DNA from: a virus
Taxonomy: Duplodnaviria > Caudoviricetes
Virus record (IMG/VR): IMGVR_UViG_3300015050_000991
Span: 1-41,435 of that record
Reading direction: 5' to 3' (one strand)
Length of the DNA: 41,435 nt
Below the pieces are notes generated by a model, which searched no databases, was not told where the DNA came from, and saw only the letters and a program-made list of their open reading frames with translations. The number at the start of each line of letters is the position of its first letter. Within the stretch, counting starts at the first letter, position 1. The translations under genes were made by a program, and so were the position numbers. This document shows, in pieces, positions 32,428 to 41,435 of the stretch.

Positions 32428-33944
32428 GGTTCCGGCTTGAGATCCCGGCCGGGGTCAACACCGACAACACCGCCGCGACCTATCCGGGGACGTGGTTCGA
32501 CGTCAACAATTGCCGGTTCTGGAAGGGCAAGGCTCAGACGGTCGGCGGCTGGGAATCGGTCACAACGGACACCCTTAGCGGCGTTTGCAGAACGATGCGG
32601 CAATGGACCGACAACAGCTATGCGCTGAACATCGCGTTTGGCCAGCACAACGCCCTGTCGCTCTATCAGAGCGGTACGATGTATGACCTGACGCCGACGT
32701 CTGACTTCACGGCGGGCCAAATCGACGGCACGGGCGGGGCGGGTTACGGAACCGGCACGTACTCGACTGGCGACTATTCCGAACCTTCAACGGCTGCATT
32801 TTTCCCGCTTACGTGGTCGCTGGCGAACTACGGGCAAAGCCTGATGGCGAACCCGCGTGGTCAGACGATCTTCTGGTGGCAGAACGACACGGCGGTCAAA
32901 GCCGCAACGCTGACCAATGCGCCCGCATCCGTGACCTACATGCTGGTCACGCCGACCCGCCAGATCATGGCGCTTGGCTGCACGATGGCGGGCGGATCGA
33001 CCTTTAATCCCCTGGCCATTCGCGTATCGGACGTGGAAGACCCGACCGATTGGACCCCCTCAACCACGAACCTTTCCGACCAGATCATTCTGGAAGGCGG
33101 CGGGCGGATTGTCGGCGCTGATCTGGTCTCGGACTACGTGTTCTGCTGGACAAACTCGGCCCTGCACGTCGGACGCTATACCGGCGACGAGGGCCAGCCG
33201 TGGGTATTTGAGCGGGTAGGGGACAACTGCGGTCTCGCCGGGCCTAATGCCAAGTGCGTGGTGGGTCAAACCGCCTATTGGTTCTCGACGACGGGCCGCT
33301 TCTACACCTGCCAGCTTGGCGGGCCTCCGACCTCTTTCCCGTTCTCGGTCGGGGATGAGATGGAAAACAACCTAGCCCCGTCGCAGAACGACAAAATCAT
33401 CTGCTCCAGCGTGTCGAAGTTCGGCGAGAGTTGGTGGTTCTACGCTGACGAGCGCGATGGCTACGAAGTCAGCCGCTATGTCGCATTGTCCCTGGCTGAT
33501 GGGGCCGCATCTAAGGGCACAATCGCCCGCACGGCTTTCTGCGACACCGGCACGGCCTTCGACCAATATCCGCTTGGCGTCACTTATGGCGGGAACATCT
33601 ATTATCACGAAAAGGGCCAGACGGCGGACGGCGGATCAATCACGTGGTCGCGCTCAACGTCGAACTTCGTCCTGACTGAGGAACAAAACCTGATGATGGT
33701 TCGGGGCTTTTGGCCCGACCTCAAGGATCAGGTTGGCGCGGCCAACGTCACCATTGAGACCGGCGCTTATCCTCAATCAACCATGACCTCGAACGGCCCT
33801 TACATCGTCTCGGCCGGTGATGAGAAGCACGATCTGCGGGCAACGGGGCGGGCGGTTCGCCTGACCTTCTCGGGCAGTTCAACGCCAGCCTTTAACCGCG
33901 ATGGCGTGTTCACGTTCGACGTCGTGAAAGCTGGTGACCGTTGA
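32424..33944 (+). CDS. Tail hub/nozzle (P22 gp10-like DNA stabilisation protein)
   Basis: 506-aa beta-rich protein: IRVSDVEDPTDW, NCGLAGP, ESWWFY, LRATGRAVRL. Confidence 0.8.
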   Translation: MRFRLEIPAGVNTDNTAATYPGTWFDVNNCRFWKGKAQTVGGWESVTTDTLSGVCRTMRQWTDNSYALNIAFGQHNALSLYQSGTMYDLTPTSDFTAGQIDGTGGAGYGTGTYSTGDYSEPSTAAFFPLTWSLANYGQSLMANPRGQTIFWWQNDTAVKAATLTNAPASVTYMLVTPTRQIMALGCTMAGGSTFNPLAIRVSDVEDPTDWTPSTTNLSDQIILEGGGRIVGADLVSDYVFCWTNSALHVGRYTGDEGQPWVFERVGDNCGLAGPNAKCVVGQTAYWFSTTGRFYTCQLGGPPTSFPFSVGDEMENNLAPSQNDKIICSSVSKFGESWWFYADERDGYEVSRYVALSLADGAASKGTIARTAFCDTGTAFDQYPLGVTYGGNIYYHEKGQTADGGSITWSRSTSNFVLTEEQNLMMVRGFWPDLKDQVGAANVTIETGAYPQSTMTSNGPYIVSAGDEKHDLRATGRAVRLTFSGSSTPAFNRDGVFTFDVVKAGDR

Positions 33945-34294
33945 GCCCTGACGCCATGCGTGAGGGGTTCGTGGAAGCGTTGGAACTGGCAGGCGAGGGC
34001 GACACGCTCGCTGACCTGGAACAAGCCCTAGAGGGTGATTTCGCGGCTCTCTGGATAGGTGAGCGCTGCGCCCTCGTTACGACGCTCCACGAGGCGGAAA
34101 TTGGCCGGGAACTGCACGTCTGGCTAGGGACGGGCGACCTTTCCGAAATGATCACCCTAGAGCCTGGAATTGCCGCTTGGGCCAGATCCAAGGGCTGCAC
34201 CTTTGCGACAATCCGGGGCCGTAAGGGCTGGGGTCGCGTCTTCTCCAAACACGGATTCACGCGCGATGGCGACGAGCTAAGGAAGCTGCTGTGA
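33941..34294 (+). CDS. GNAT-like / internal virion protein A-like
   Basis: LHVWLGTGDL..WARSKGC..IRGRKGWGRV; sits before the ejection genes. Confidence 0.7.
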   Translation: MSPDAMREGFVEALELAGEGDTLADLEQALEGDFAALWIGERCALVTTLHEAEIGRELHVWLGTGDLSEMITLEPGIAAWARSKGCTFATIRGRKGWGRVFSKHGFTRDGDELRKLL

Positions 34295-35286
34295 GCAAGA
34301 AGTCAAAGACCACCGAGCAAAGCACGACCAACCAGTTGACGACGAGCACGCCGACGGTGGCCCCGTGGTTGGCCCAGAATTATCAGACGCTCGGCGGGCA
34401 GATCGCGGACTTCGGTAAGACCGACCCGACGAGCTACGTCGCAGGCCCCTCGACGCTTCAAACCCAAGCGTTCGGCGGCGCGAGCAATCTGGGCGGCTGG
34501 CAGTCGCTTCTGGACAAGGCGCAAACCGGCGCAACCAACGTGGCGGGTGCGGGTGCGAACCTTGCAGCCCCCACGGCCACTTACGGCGGCGCGAGCCTGC
34601 TTGATGGTGGCCTTGACCGCTACATAAACTCCGGCCTCAATGATGTGGTCAGCAGCTCGCTTGCGAATTTCGACTACGCCACCGGGCGCGAAAAGGCGGC
34701 GATGGACGCCAAAAGCGCGCTCAACAAGTCGTTCAACAACACCCGCTCGGTGTTTGGTGAGACGCAGTTTGCCGCCGATAGCGCTCGCCAACGGTCGGCA
34801 ACTGAGGCCGATCTGCGGTTCAAGGCGTTTCAAGAAGCGGCGGGCCTCGCGGCTCAAGACGCACAATTCCGCCAACAAGCGGGCCTCACCAATGCCGGGG
34901 CAGTCAACCAGGGCAACCAGTTCAACGCCGGGCAGATGGACGCATCCTTGGCGCGTCAACTGCAAGCGGCGGGCCTGCTGGGTGATCTGGGCAACTCGAC
35001 GGCGAACAACGACCGGGCCGACGTGGCGACGCAGCTAACGGCGGGCGGCGAGCAACAGCGCATCGACCAAGCCAAGCTCAACGCCAACCCGACGTTCCTG
35101 CAACTGCTGGCGCAGCTTAACGGGTCTATGCCGATTGGTTCGTTCACCTCGACGACCAATCAGGGGACGGGCTCGAGTAACTCGACCTCGACGACCAAAA
35201 CGAGCGATCCGATGGGCGCGCTGTCTGGCCTCTTGGGTGCGGCAGGCGGGGCAATGTCCGGTTACGGCGCAATGAAGTTTGGGTGA
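34291..35286 (+). CDS. DNA ejection (internal virion) protein 1
   Basis: Ala/Gly/Gln-rich, with hydrophobic Gly-rich C-terminus (MGALSGLLGAAGGAM). Confidence 0.75.
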   Translation: MSKKSKTTEQSTTNQLTTSTPTVAPWLAQNYQTLGGQIADFGKTDPTSYVAGPSTLQTQAFGGASNLGGWQSLLDKAQTGATNVAGAGANLAAPTATYGGASLLDGGLDRYINSGLNDVVSSSLANFDYATGREKAAMDAKSALNKSFNNTRSVFGETQFAADSARQRSATEADLRFKAFQEAAGLAAQDAQFRQQAGLTNAGAVNQGNQFNAGQMDASLARQLQAAGLLGDLGNSTANNDRADVATQLTAGGEQQRIDQAKLNANPTFLQLLAQLNGSMPIGSFTSTTNQGTGSSNSTSTTKTSDPMGALSGLLGAAGGAMSGYGAMKFG

Positions 35287-35290
35287 GATC

Positions 35291-36937
35291 ATGGCCCTTT
35301 TCGGTAAATCCACAAAAGCGCCCCTCACACCAGAGGAGCGCCAGGCCAAGGCGGATCGCTGGGCGCTGATCGGCGCGACCCTGCAAGACGTCGGTGGCGG
35401 TCTTGGCGGCGGCGACATGGGCGCTGTCGCTAGGACTCAAAAGGGCATCACGGCTCGCACTGAGAAGGCCATGTCCAAGGCCGCGACGGACAAGCTGATT
35501 CAGCAGATGCTTGACGCCAACGTCGGCTCGGCCCGCAAGCCCATGCAGACGATGGGCAATAGCACTTTCGGCGCTCCCGATCTGGTCTCGGCCCAAGGTC
35601 CGCAGGCTCCCGGCCCGCAAGGCATGGGCCCGCGCGCGCTGCTTGAGGCGCAGCGTGATGGCGTTAACGTCGGCGGCTACATGGACATCCTCAAGGCGCT
35701 TCAGCCTGAAGGGCCAACCAAGCTCGGGGCCAATGAGGTTCTTGTCGATCCGCGCACGGGTAAACCGGTCTATATCAACCGTGCCAAGAGCGAGAACGAC
35801 TACACCCTGTCGCCGGGTTCGATCCGCTTTGGCCCTGATGGCAAGCCCGTGGCCAATGCTCCATTCGCTCCCCAGATCGTCACCGCGAGCCCTGAGAGCA
35901 ACGTGTTCACGGTGGACAAGAACCCGTCCGGTCCCGTGTTGGGCAATTTCGACGTGGCGAGCATTGATCGGCTTATCGGTTCAACGGGTGGCCAAGTCAC
36001 CAGCGGAACCCGCACGCCAGAGCGCAACGCCCAGGTTGGCGGCGTCGCCAATTCCTACCACCTGACCGGCCAAGCCCGCGACGTCCGCCCCCTGCCTGGA
36101 ATGTCGATGGCGCAGTATGCCCAGACGCTTAAGGGCCAGCTTCCCGGCATGGATGTGATTGACGAGGGCGACCACGTTCACATTGAGCCCGGCACGCGCT
36201 CCAGTGGCGGCGTGCAGGTGCTTCAGCGTGGTCAGCAGAAGCCGAAAGAGCAGGCCCAGACCCTTAGCGCTCAAGAGGCGCAGGCGCTTGGCTTCCTGCC
36301 GGGAACAATCGTCCAGCGCCGCCCTGACGGCTCTCTGGATGCTGTGCAGTCGCCCAACAACCAAGCCTCGCCCCGCAAGGCCGAAACAGACCTGCGCAAG
36401 GAGTTTGAGACCAAGCCGGAGGTCAAGGACTTCAAGGCGATTGACGCGGCATATCGTCAGATCAAGGGTATCGCCAGCCAGAAGCCTACTGCACAAAACG
36501 ATATGTCGCTCGTCTTCTCGTTCATGAAGATGCTGGACCCCGGATCGGTCGTTCGTGAAGGCGAGTTCGCCAGCGCTCAGAACTCGGCAGGCGTCCCGGA
36601 TCAGGTCCGCAACGCCTATAACAAGGCGATGAGCGGCCAGATCCTGAACCCCAAGCAGCGCACCGAGTTCACCAACACCGCAAAGACCATCTACGGGTCG
36701 CAGCGCCAGCGCTATGAGACGGTTGCAGACAGCTTCCGGGGCTATGCCGAAGGCTACGGCGTTAACGCTGGAAACGTCGTTCCGCCTCCGGTTCAGGGCG
36801 CAAAGAAAGCCCCAACGGGCGCATGGCACATCGAAGACCCCAACAAGAAGGGCAGCTTCCCCGAGATCCGTCGCGGCGCGGATGGGGTTTGGCGCTTGAA
36901 GTCGGCTAACGGCAAAATTCTAGAGTGGGAAGACTGA
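35291..36937 (+). CDS. DNA ejection protein 2 with an internal peptidase M15 domain
   Basis: VTSGTRTPERNAQVGGVANSYHLTGQARD..DEGDHVHI (Zn peptidase M15 motifs); MKMLDPGSVVREGEF. Confidence 0.8.
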   Translation: MALFGKSTKAPLTPEERQAKADRWALIGATLQDVGGGLGGGDMGAVARTQKGITARTEKAMSKAATDKLIQQMLDANVGSARKPMQTMGNSTFGAPDLVSAQGPQAPGPQGMGPRALLEAQRDGVNVGGYMDILKALQPEGPTKLGANEVLVDPRTGKPVYINRAKSENDYTLSPGSIRFGPDGKPVANAPFAPQIVTASPESNVFTVDKNPSGPVLGNFDVASIDRLIGSTGGQVTSGTRTPERNAQVGGVANSYHLTGQARDVRPLPGMSMAQYAQTLKGQLPGMDVIDEGDHVHIEPGTRSSGGVQVLQRGQQKPKEQAQTLSAQEAQALGFLPGTIVQRRPDGSLDAVQSPNNQASPRKAETDLRKEFETKPEVKDFKAIDAAYRQIKGIASQKPTAQNDMSLVFSFMKMLDPGSVVREGEFASAQNSAGVPDQVRNAYNKAMSGQILNPKQRTEFTNTAKTIYGSQRQRYETVADSFRGYAEGYGVNAGNVVPPPVQGAKKAPTGAWHIEDPNKKGSFPEIRRGADGVWRLKSANGKILEWED

Positions 36938-38655
36938 TGCCCTGGAAAGAAGCCAAGCCGACAGGCTCAAAGGCCACCCCTTCGATCAAACCAAACGCCG
37001 TGCAGGACATCCTCAAGTCCCTGCGTACGGGGACAATGCAGGGAATGGCGGGCCTTGCCGGTTCTGTGGCCGAAACCCGAATTGCGCCTAAAATGCTCGA
37101 CACCGCTGTGAGCATGGCGGACAACGCCGAGAACCTGATCCGGGCCATTCAGGGGCAGTCGCTGAAGAAGAATACTCCGTTTCAGTCGGCCAACATGCCC
37201 GGCCTGAAAACCGCTCTGGCGGGTGCTCCTGCTACGGAGGACATGAACCGGTTTGCGCAGACTGTTGACGGCAAATATCATACTCCGCAGACGACGCCGG
37301 GCCGCTATGCTCAGTCAATCGCCCAGATGGCCCCCGCTCTTGCCGCTCCGGGTTCCTTGCCTGCCCGTGTGGCTAACACAGTCCTTCCGGGTATCGGTGG
37401 CCAAGCTGGCGCCGACATTGCCAAGAACATGGGCGGCGGGGAGACGGCGCAGAACCTTGCGCGTCTTGGTGGGTCTCTGGCAGGCGGAACGCTGGCCCAG
37501 GTACGGACGCCAAGCCTTCAGCAGCTTGGCCCGGCTCCCGTTCGCGATCCGGCAACCATGACGCCAGAACAGCGGAATGTTCAAATCCTGAAGGATGCGG
37601 GCGTGTTCATGACGCCTGGCCAAAAGGCTGGGGGTGCGCTCAAAAATGCCGAAGACTTAGCGGCCCGCGCTCCGATCCTTGGAGCTGCCATCAAGGGTGC
37701 GCGCGGTCGAAGCAATGAAAGCCTTGTGAGGTCAGTTGGCCATACGGCGCTTGAGCCATTCGGCGAGGGCGTACCGGCCAACATCCACACCGGCCACGAC
37801 TCCGTGGCCTATGTCGCCCGCCGTCTTGGCAAGGCATATGACGACGCCGCAGCAATGGTCCCTGAAACCCAGCTTGGCGCGCCCTATGCTGACGCGAAGG
37901 TTTCGATCAAGCAGGCGCTGACCGAACACCCGGAATCGGTCAGCCGTCAGTTCGATGCGATTGTTGAGAACAGGTTGGCGCATCTGGAGGGCGGTCCGGT
38001 GTCTGGCCAACAGATCCGATCCGCTCAAGAGGCGCTCGGCAAAAAGGCGGCTGAACTTGGCGCACATGACGACCCGGACCAACGAGCCCTTGGCGCTGCG
38101 CTGGATGAACTGAACACGACACTAGGCGACGCCATTGGCGCGGCAAGCCCCGAAGCGGCCGATCTAATCGGCAAGGCTAACCAAGGCTGGGCGGTCTATT
38201 CCCGGATGCGCAATGCTGCATCGAAAGCTAAAGGCGGGAAGTTCACGACAGGCCAGCTTGCCACGGCTGTTCGCACGCTCGACAAGTCAGTGGGCAAGGG
38301 AAACGTCGCCAAGGGCCAAGCGGTTCTCCAAGACCTCTCTAACGCCGCCTGGGAGGTTCTGCCCGACAGCTACGGAAACCCCGGCACGGCGGATGCTCTG
38401 AGCGCCTTTGCTCTGGGTGGCGCGGCGGTCAATCCGACGACCGCACCCGTCGCAATTCCGACCGCTGGCGTGCTAGGCGCTGCGTCCATCCCCTACGCCA
38501 TGATGGGCCGTAAACCGACGACTAGCCTTCCCCCGCAAGGATCTTCGGCCGATCCCCGTCAGGTGGAAGAGTTCATCCGCATGCTTCAGGCCACCAGCCT
38601 CAAGATGCCGGAGGTTCTAGCTATGCCAAACCGGCAGACCGCGCCCAGGCGGTAA
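36937..38655 (+). CDS. DNA ejection protein 3
   Basis: Ala/Gly-rich 572 aa; GVFMTPGQ, YGNPGTA; coupled. Confidence 0.75.
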   Translation: MPWKEAKPTGSKATPSIKPNAVQDILKSLRTGTMQGMAGLAGSVAETRIAPKMLDTAVSMADNAENLIRAIQGQSLKKNTPFQSANMPGLKTALAGAPATEDMNRFAQTVDGKYHTPQTTPGRYAQSIAQMAPALAAPGSLPARVANTVLPGIGGQAGADIAKNMGGGETAQNLARLGGSLAGGTLAQVRTPSLQQLGPAPVRDPATMTPEQRNVQILKDAGVFMTPGQKAGGALKNAEDLAARAPILGAAIKGARGRSNESLVRSVGHTALEPFGEGVPANIHTGHDSVAYVARRLGKAYDDAAAMVPETQLGAPYADAKVSIKQALTEHPESVSRQFDAIVENRLAHLEGGPVSGQQIRSAQEALGKKAAELGAHDDPDQRALGAALDELNTTLGDAIGAASPEAADLIGKANQGWAVYSRMRNAASKAKGGKFTTGQLATAVRTLDKSVGKGNVAKGQAVLQDLSNAAWEVLPDSYGNPGTADALSAFALGGAAVNPTTAPVAIPTAGVLGAASIPYAMMGRKPTTSLPPQGSSADPRQVEEFIRMLQATSLKMPEVLAMPNRQTAPRR

Positions 38656-38803
38656 TAGCGAGTCCTGCGCCTAGCCAGAACACTAGCGGCACCTTCTCAA
38701 GCTGCCGAACGGTCCAAGACTTTTCAGGCTCTCGCCGCTCCCCTTCGATCACCTCAAATTCGGCGTCGATGATCGGTAGCTTCGGCGGCTGATCTTTCGG
38801 CAT
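38621..38803 (-). CDS. Small antisense membrane protein (60 aa)
   Basis: SD AGGAGGGG before MPKDQPPKLPIIDAEFEVI...VPLVFWLGAGLAITAW. Confidence 0.6.
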   Translation of the reverse strand: MPKDQPPKLPIIDAEFEVIEGERREPEKSWTVRQLEKVPLVFWLGAGLAITAWARSAGLA

Positions 38804-38877
38804 CCCCCCTCCTACCACACCCCCAACAATCCGACCACCCAACCCGCTAGCCGGGCCTTTCTGCGTGAGGAAAACAC

Positions 38878-39192
38878 ATGGCTGCTGTCACCGGCACTTT
38901 TACCGCAACGGGCCAGAGCGCCACGTTCGCGCCCATCGTTGCAACCCGCGACACCAACTGCGGTCAAGTCAACATCTCCGCCTCGGGAACCTTTGTCGCC
39001 ACCGTTCAGATTGAGCGGTCGTTCGACAACGGCGTGAACTGGTTCGTTTGCTCCGAAGACAGCGCGGGCACTACTGCCGCCTACACAGCGCCGTTCTCGG
39101 TAACCGCTCAAGAGAGCGAGGCAGGCACGCTCTACCGCTTGAACTGCACCGCCTTCACGTCGGGCACGATCACCTACAGGCTCGGCAAATGA
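38878..39192 (+). CDS. Small beta-sandwich virion protein
   Basis: SASGTFVATVQIERSFDNGVNW..YRLNCTAFTSGTI; SD GAGG. Confidence 0.75.
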   Translation: MAAVTGTFTATGQSATFAPIVATRDTNCGQVNISASGTFVATVQIERSFDNGVNWFVCSEDSAGTTAAYTAPFSVTAQESEAGTLYRLNCTAFTSGTITYRLGK

Positions 39193-39350
39193 TCAGCGGC
39201 GTCATCCACGGCGTAATCCGCCCGCCTGTCCGTGCCACCCTCTCTACGGGTGGGGGGGCGAACCCGCCTCCCGGCTTCCGTTTCCTCATCGACACTGACG
39301 GCGCGTACCTGACCGATCAGGACGGCGTATTCCTGCTGGAGGCCGTATAA
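39189..39350 (+). CDS. Small adaptor-like protein (53 aa)
   Basis: FLIDTDGAYLTDQDGVFLLEA repeat motif; coupled on both sides. Confidence 0.65.
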   Translation: MISGVIHGVIRPPVRATLSTGGGANPPPGFRFLIDTDGAYLTDQDGVFLLEAV

Positions 39351-40504
39351 TGGTCACGACCCGCGCTATTTCATCGGGAGCCCAAATCCCGCCGCTCTAC
39401 ACCGGCCACGTCGGTTGCCGCACGCGTATAGCCGACAGCCTCAATGCTGGCATTACGTCATTCATGACGGGTCGGGCTGAGTTCGCGCGCGAAGACCTCA
39501 CCAGCCTGACGCTGGTCTATGGCAACTTCTACGCGACGACTACGGGCGAGGCCTCGCCGGGTGCGGTTCGCACTATTGCCGCCGACATCGAGTATCCCGC
39601 TGGCGTCTTCACTCGGGTGACGTTCGGTGGCGCAAACTCGGTGGTTATGGCTGATGGAGCGACTCAAGTTCCATCCGACGCCATCACGGTCAATATCCCC
39701 AAGGGCGCGCAATACTGGATCAACACCTATCAGCAAAGTGCGGCTGGTATCATCTTTTACCTGTCGGTTCTGTCGAGCGATGTTCTTCTTGACCACTCTT
39801 CGCAAAATGCCGCTGATCTGACCTGCACGGCCTGGACGGGCCTTTATGGGGCAGTCGCCAATTTTGGCCCCTATGCCATCCTTGCGACAACCCGCTCACC
39901 CTGTGTGGCGACCATTGGCGATAGCCTGCTGTGCAACACGGGCGGAACGTCGGGTAAAGGGGTTTACGGCGGCCTTCTGTCCCCAGGGATAGCTCCCTTT
40001 CTACCCGTTCTAGACCTGTCGCGCGGCGGACAATGGGCGCAGCATTGGGCGGAAGGTGGCGGCGCAAAGCGGGCGACCTATCTGGACTACGCCACCCACG
40101 GCATTATCGAGCTGGGCGTCAACGATTACGCCACTCTTCGTACAGCCGCTCAAGTTATTGCAAACCGCCAGACGATCCGGGGCCTCAAGCCATCGCTCAA
40201 GTGGTTTCAGACCACGATCACGCCGCGCGCCACCTCCTCGGATAGTTGGGTGACGCTGACCAACCAGACGACCAATACATACAACGCCGTGCGCATCGCC
40301 ATCAACGAGCAGGTTCGAGGAGGTATGGAAGGCTTCGTTGGATATATCGAGCTGGCCGATGCACTGGAGAGCGCTAGAAACAGCGGTATATTCAAGGCTC
40401 CACCAATGACGCCCGCTGCAATTGTGGGCGATGTCGTCCACCCTAACGACGCCGGTTATGCGCTGACCAGGCCGTATGTGAACCCCGCCGTTTTCGTTCG
40501 GTAA
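39350..40504 (+). CDS. SGNH/GDSL hydrolase with N-terminal beta domain (virion-associated esterase candidate)
   Basis: Blocks IGDSL, SRGG, ELGVND and DVVHPN. Confidence 0.85.
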   Translation: MVTTRAISSGAQIPPLYTGHVGCRTRIADSLNAGITSFMTGRAEFAREDLTSLTLVYGNFYATTTGEASPGAVRTIAADIEYPAGVFTRVTFGGANSVVMADGATQVPSDAITVNIPKGAQYWINTYQQSAAGIIFYLSVLSSDVLLDHSSQNAADLTCTAWTGLYGAVANFGPYAILATTRSPCVATIGDSLLCNTGGTSGKGVYGGLLSPGIAPFLPVLDLSRGGQWAQHWAEGGGAKRATYLDYATHGIIELGVNDYATLRTAAQVIANRQTIRGLKPSLKWFQTTITPRATSSDSWVTLTNQTTNTYNAVRIAINEQVRGGMEGFVGYIELADALESARNSGIFKAPPMTPAAIVGDVVHPNDAGYALTRPYVNPAVFVR

Positions 40505-40547
40505 GGCCCCCCGCACCCGTACTCACCACGCGGGGGATCACCTAACC

Positions 40548-40582
40548 GGCCAGGCGGGGCGTTACGAGCGCCCCGCCTGGCC
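40548..40582. repeat. Perfect 14-bp GC-rich inverted repeat (hairpin)
   Basis: GGCCAGGCGGGGCG-TTACGAG-CGCCCCGCCTGGCC; no U-tract. Confidence 0.8.
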
Positions 40583-40702
40583 CCGCCGATGGACGACGGA
40601 CCTAGCTAGGCCCGGACAACAAGCGGTGCAGTCGCCGCAGAGTCAAACTGAAAAGGACGCAGTGATGGACACTGGAGCCCTCAAGACCCGGATTTGCGGA
40701 TC

Positions 40703-40957
40703 ATGACGCCGGAGGTTTGGATCGCGCTCGCGGCGGTGGCCTTCTCGGCTGGCGCATCTCTGACCACATACGGAGCGCTGCGGCAGAAGGTGGCGGACCT
40801 TGAACGCCGCGTGAGTGCGGTTGAGGGGCACGACCGGGCGGTGATCCGTCTTGAGGTGCAGGTTGAGAACCTAATCGCCTTGGTCCGCAAGCTCGACGGC
40901 AAGCTAGACCAGAACCAACCCGCGCCGCCGTCGCGGTCAAGATCGGCACCCAGATGA
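40703..40957 (+). CDS. Holin/antiholin-like protein (one TM plus coiled coil)
   Basis: EVWIALAAVAFSAGASL followed by a coiled coil; first gene of the lysis cassette. Confidence 0.6.
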   Translation: MTPEVWIALAAVAFSAGASLTTYGALRQKVADLERRVSAVEGHDRAVIRLEVQVENLIALVRKLDGKLDQNQPAPPSRSRSAPR

Positions 40958-41295
40958 TCGGCCGCGTCTGGACGGCCATGCTGTCGGCCGCGCCGGTTCG
41001 CCTATGGGCTCAGATCATTGCGGCGGGGTCGTTCCTCGGCTTCATCGTGTCAATCTCGGCTTATATCCGCTTCGGCTCATGGTCGCCAGCGGTTGAGGCC
41101 AAGCGTGTCGATGCGCTGTTCTGGCTGGGAATTGCGGTGGCGTTCCTGCTGCTGTTCGCCCTGGCTGCAATCACTGAACTGAAGTTTGGCATCCGCGCCA
41201 CCCGCGACGGCTTCAACGCCGACGTTGAACGAGACGACGAGCCCCCAACAACGACGGTGGAAACGACCGTCACGGTGACGGAGCAACCCAAATGA
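40954..41295 (+). CDS. Putative holin (two TM)
   Basis: Two hydrophobic helices and a charged C-terminus; upstream of the endolysin across the junction. Confidence 0.6.
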   Translation: MIGRVWTAMLSAAPVRLWAQIIAAGSFLGFIVSISAYIRFGSWSPAVEAKRVDALFWLGIAVAFLLLFALAAITELKFGIRATRDGFNADVERDDEPPTTTVETTVTVTEQPK

Positions 41296-41435
41296 CAGAC
41301 GCGCGGCTCGAAAAATACAGGGCCGCTTGCGCCCTTGTCGAGACCTGTCTGAGGGAGGGCTTTACGGCGATTTGGTCGCCCGGTCCCGGAAGTCACCAAG
41401 CGACCCATGAAGCGGCGAAACGGTGGCTCAAGCCC
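41292..41435 (+). CDS. 5' part of the metallophosphoesterase gene (continues at base 1)
   Basis: ATG 41292 (ATGA overlap with the holin) is in frame with 1-1086: MTDARLEKYRAACALVETCL... Confidence 0.8.
   Translation, partial: MTDARLEKYRAACALVETCLREGFTAIWSPGPGSHQATHEAAKRWLKP
41313..41435. repeat. Terminal direct repeat, right copy
   Basis: Identical to 1-123. Confidence 0.95.

Noticed and set aside
1-41435. CRISPR array, diversity-generating retroelement, recoded stop codons, rRNA
   Set aside because: No spaced repeat array, reverse transcriptase or TR/VR pair was seen by eye, and genes tile densely under the standard code.

Overview
Apparently complete, circularly assembled genome (about 41.3 kb; bases 1-123 repeat exactly at 41313-41435) of a GC-rich temperate phage with lambdoid regulation and P22-like podovirus morphogenesis (no tape measure or tail tube). 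The host is probably an alphaproteobacterium, most plausibly Caulobacteraceae; this is an inference from a GcrA-like gene, a TPR-glycosyltransferase and alpha-type SOS-box-like motifs. Gene order: lysis cassette spanning the contig ends (holin-like genes, metallophosphoesterase, GH24 endolysin, overlapping spanins); small-gene accessory island and HNH endonuclease; attP carrying a tRNA 3' end (probably tRNA-Leu), tyrosine integrase and excisionase; leftward early operon (C5 methyltransferase, Zn nuclease, Rad52/Sak); cI/cro switch with TTCGC-N5-GCGAA operators; replication genes; a mirror-image promoter module; terminase, portal, scaffold, capsid, tail and ejection genes; an SGNH-esterase appendage module. 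Most notable: a TPR + GT-B glycosyltransferase between cI and OL (the position of rexAB in lambda), a GT-A glycosyltransferase inside the head module, an array of hairpins with anti-Shine-Dalgarno loops downstream of cro, and crossed 11-bp inverted words enclosing the HNH gene next to attP. All product calls come from motif recognition by eye; no database searches were run.
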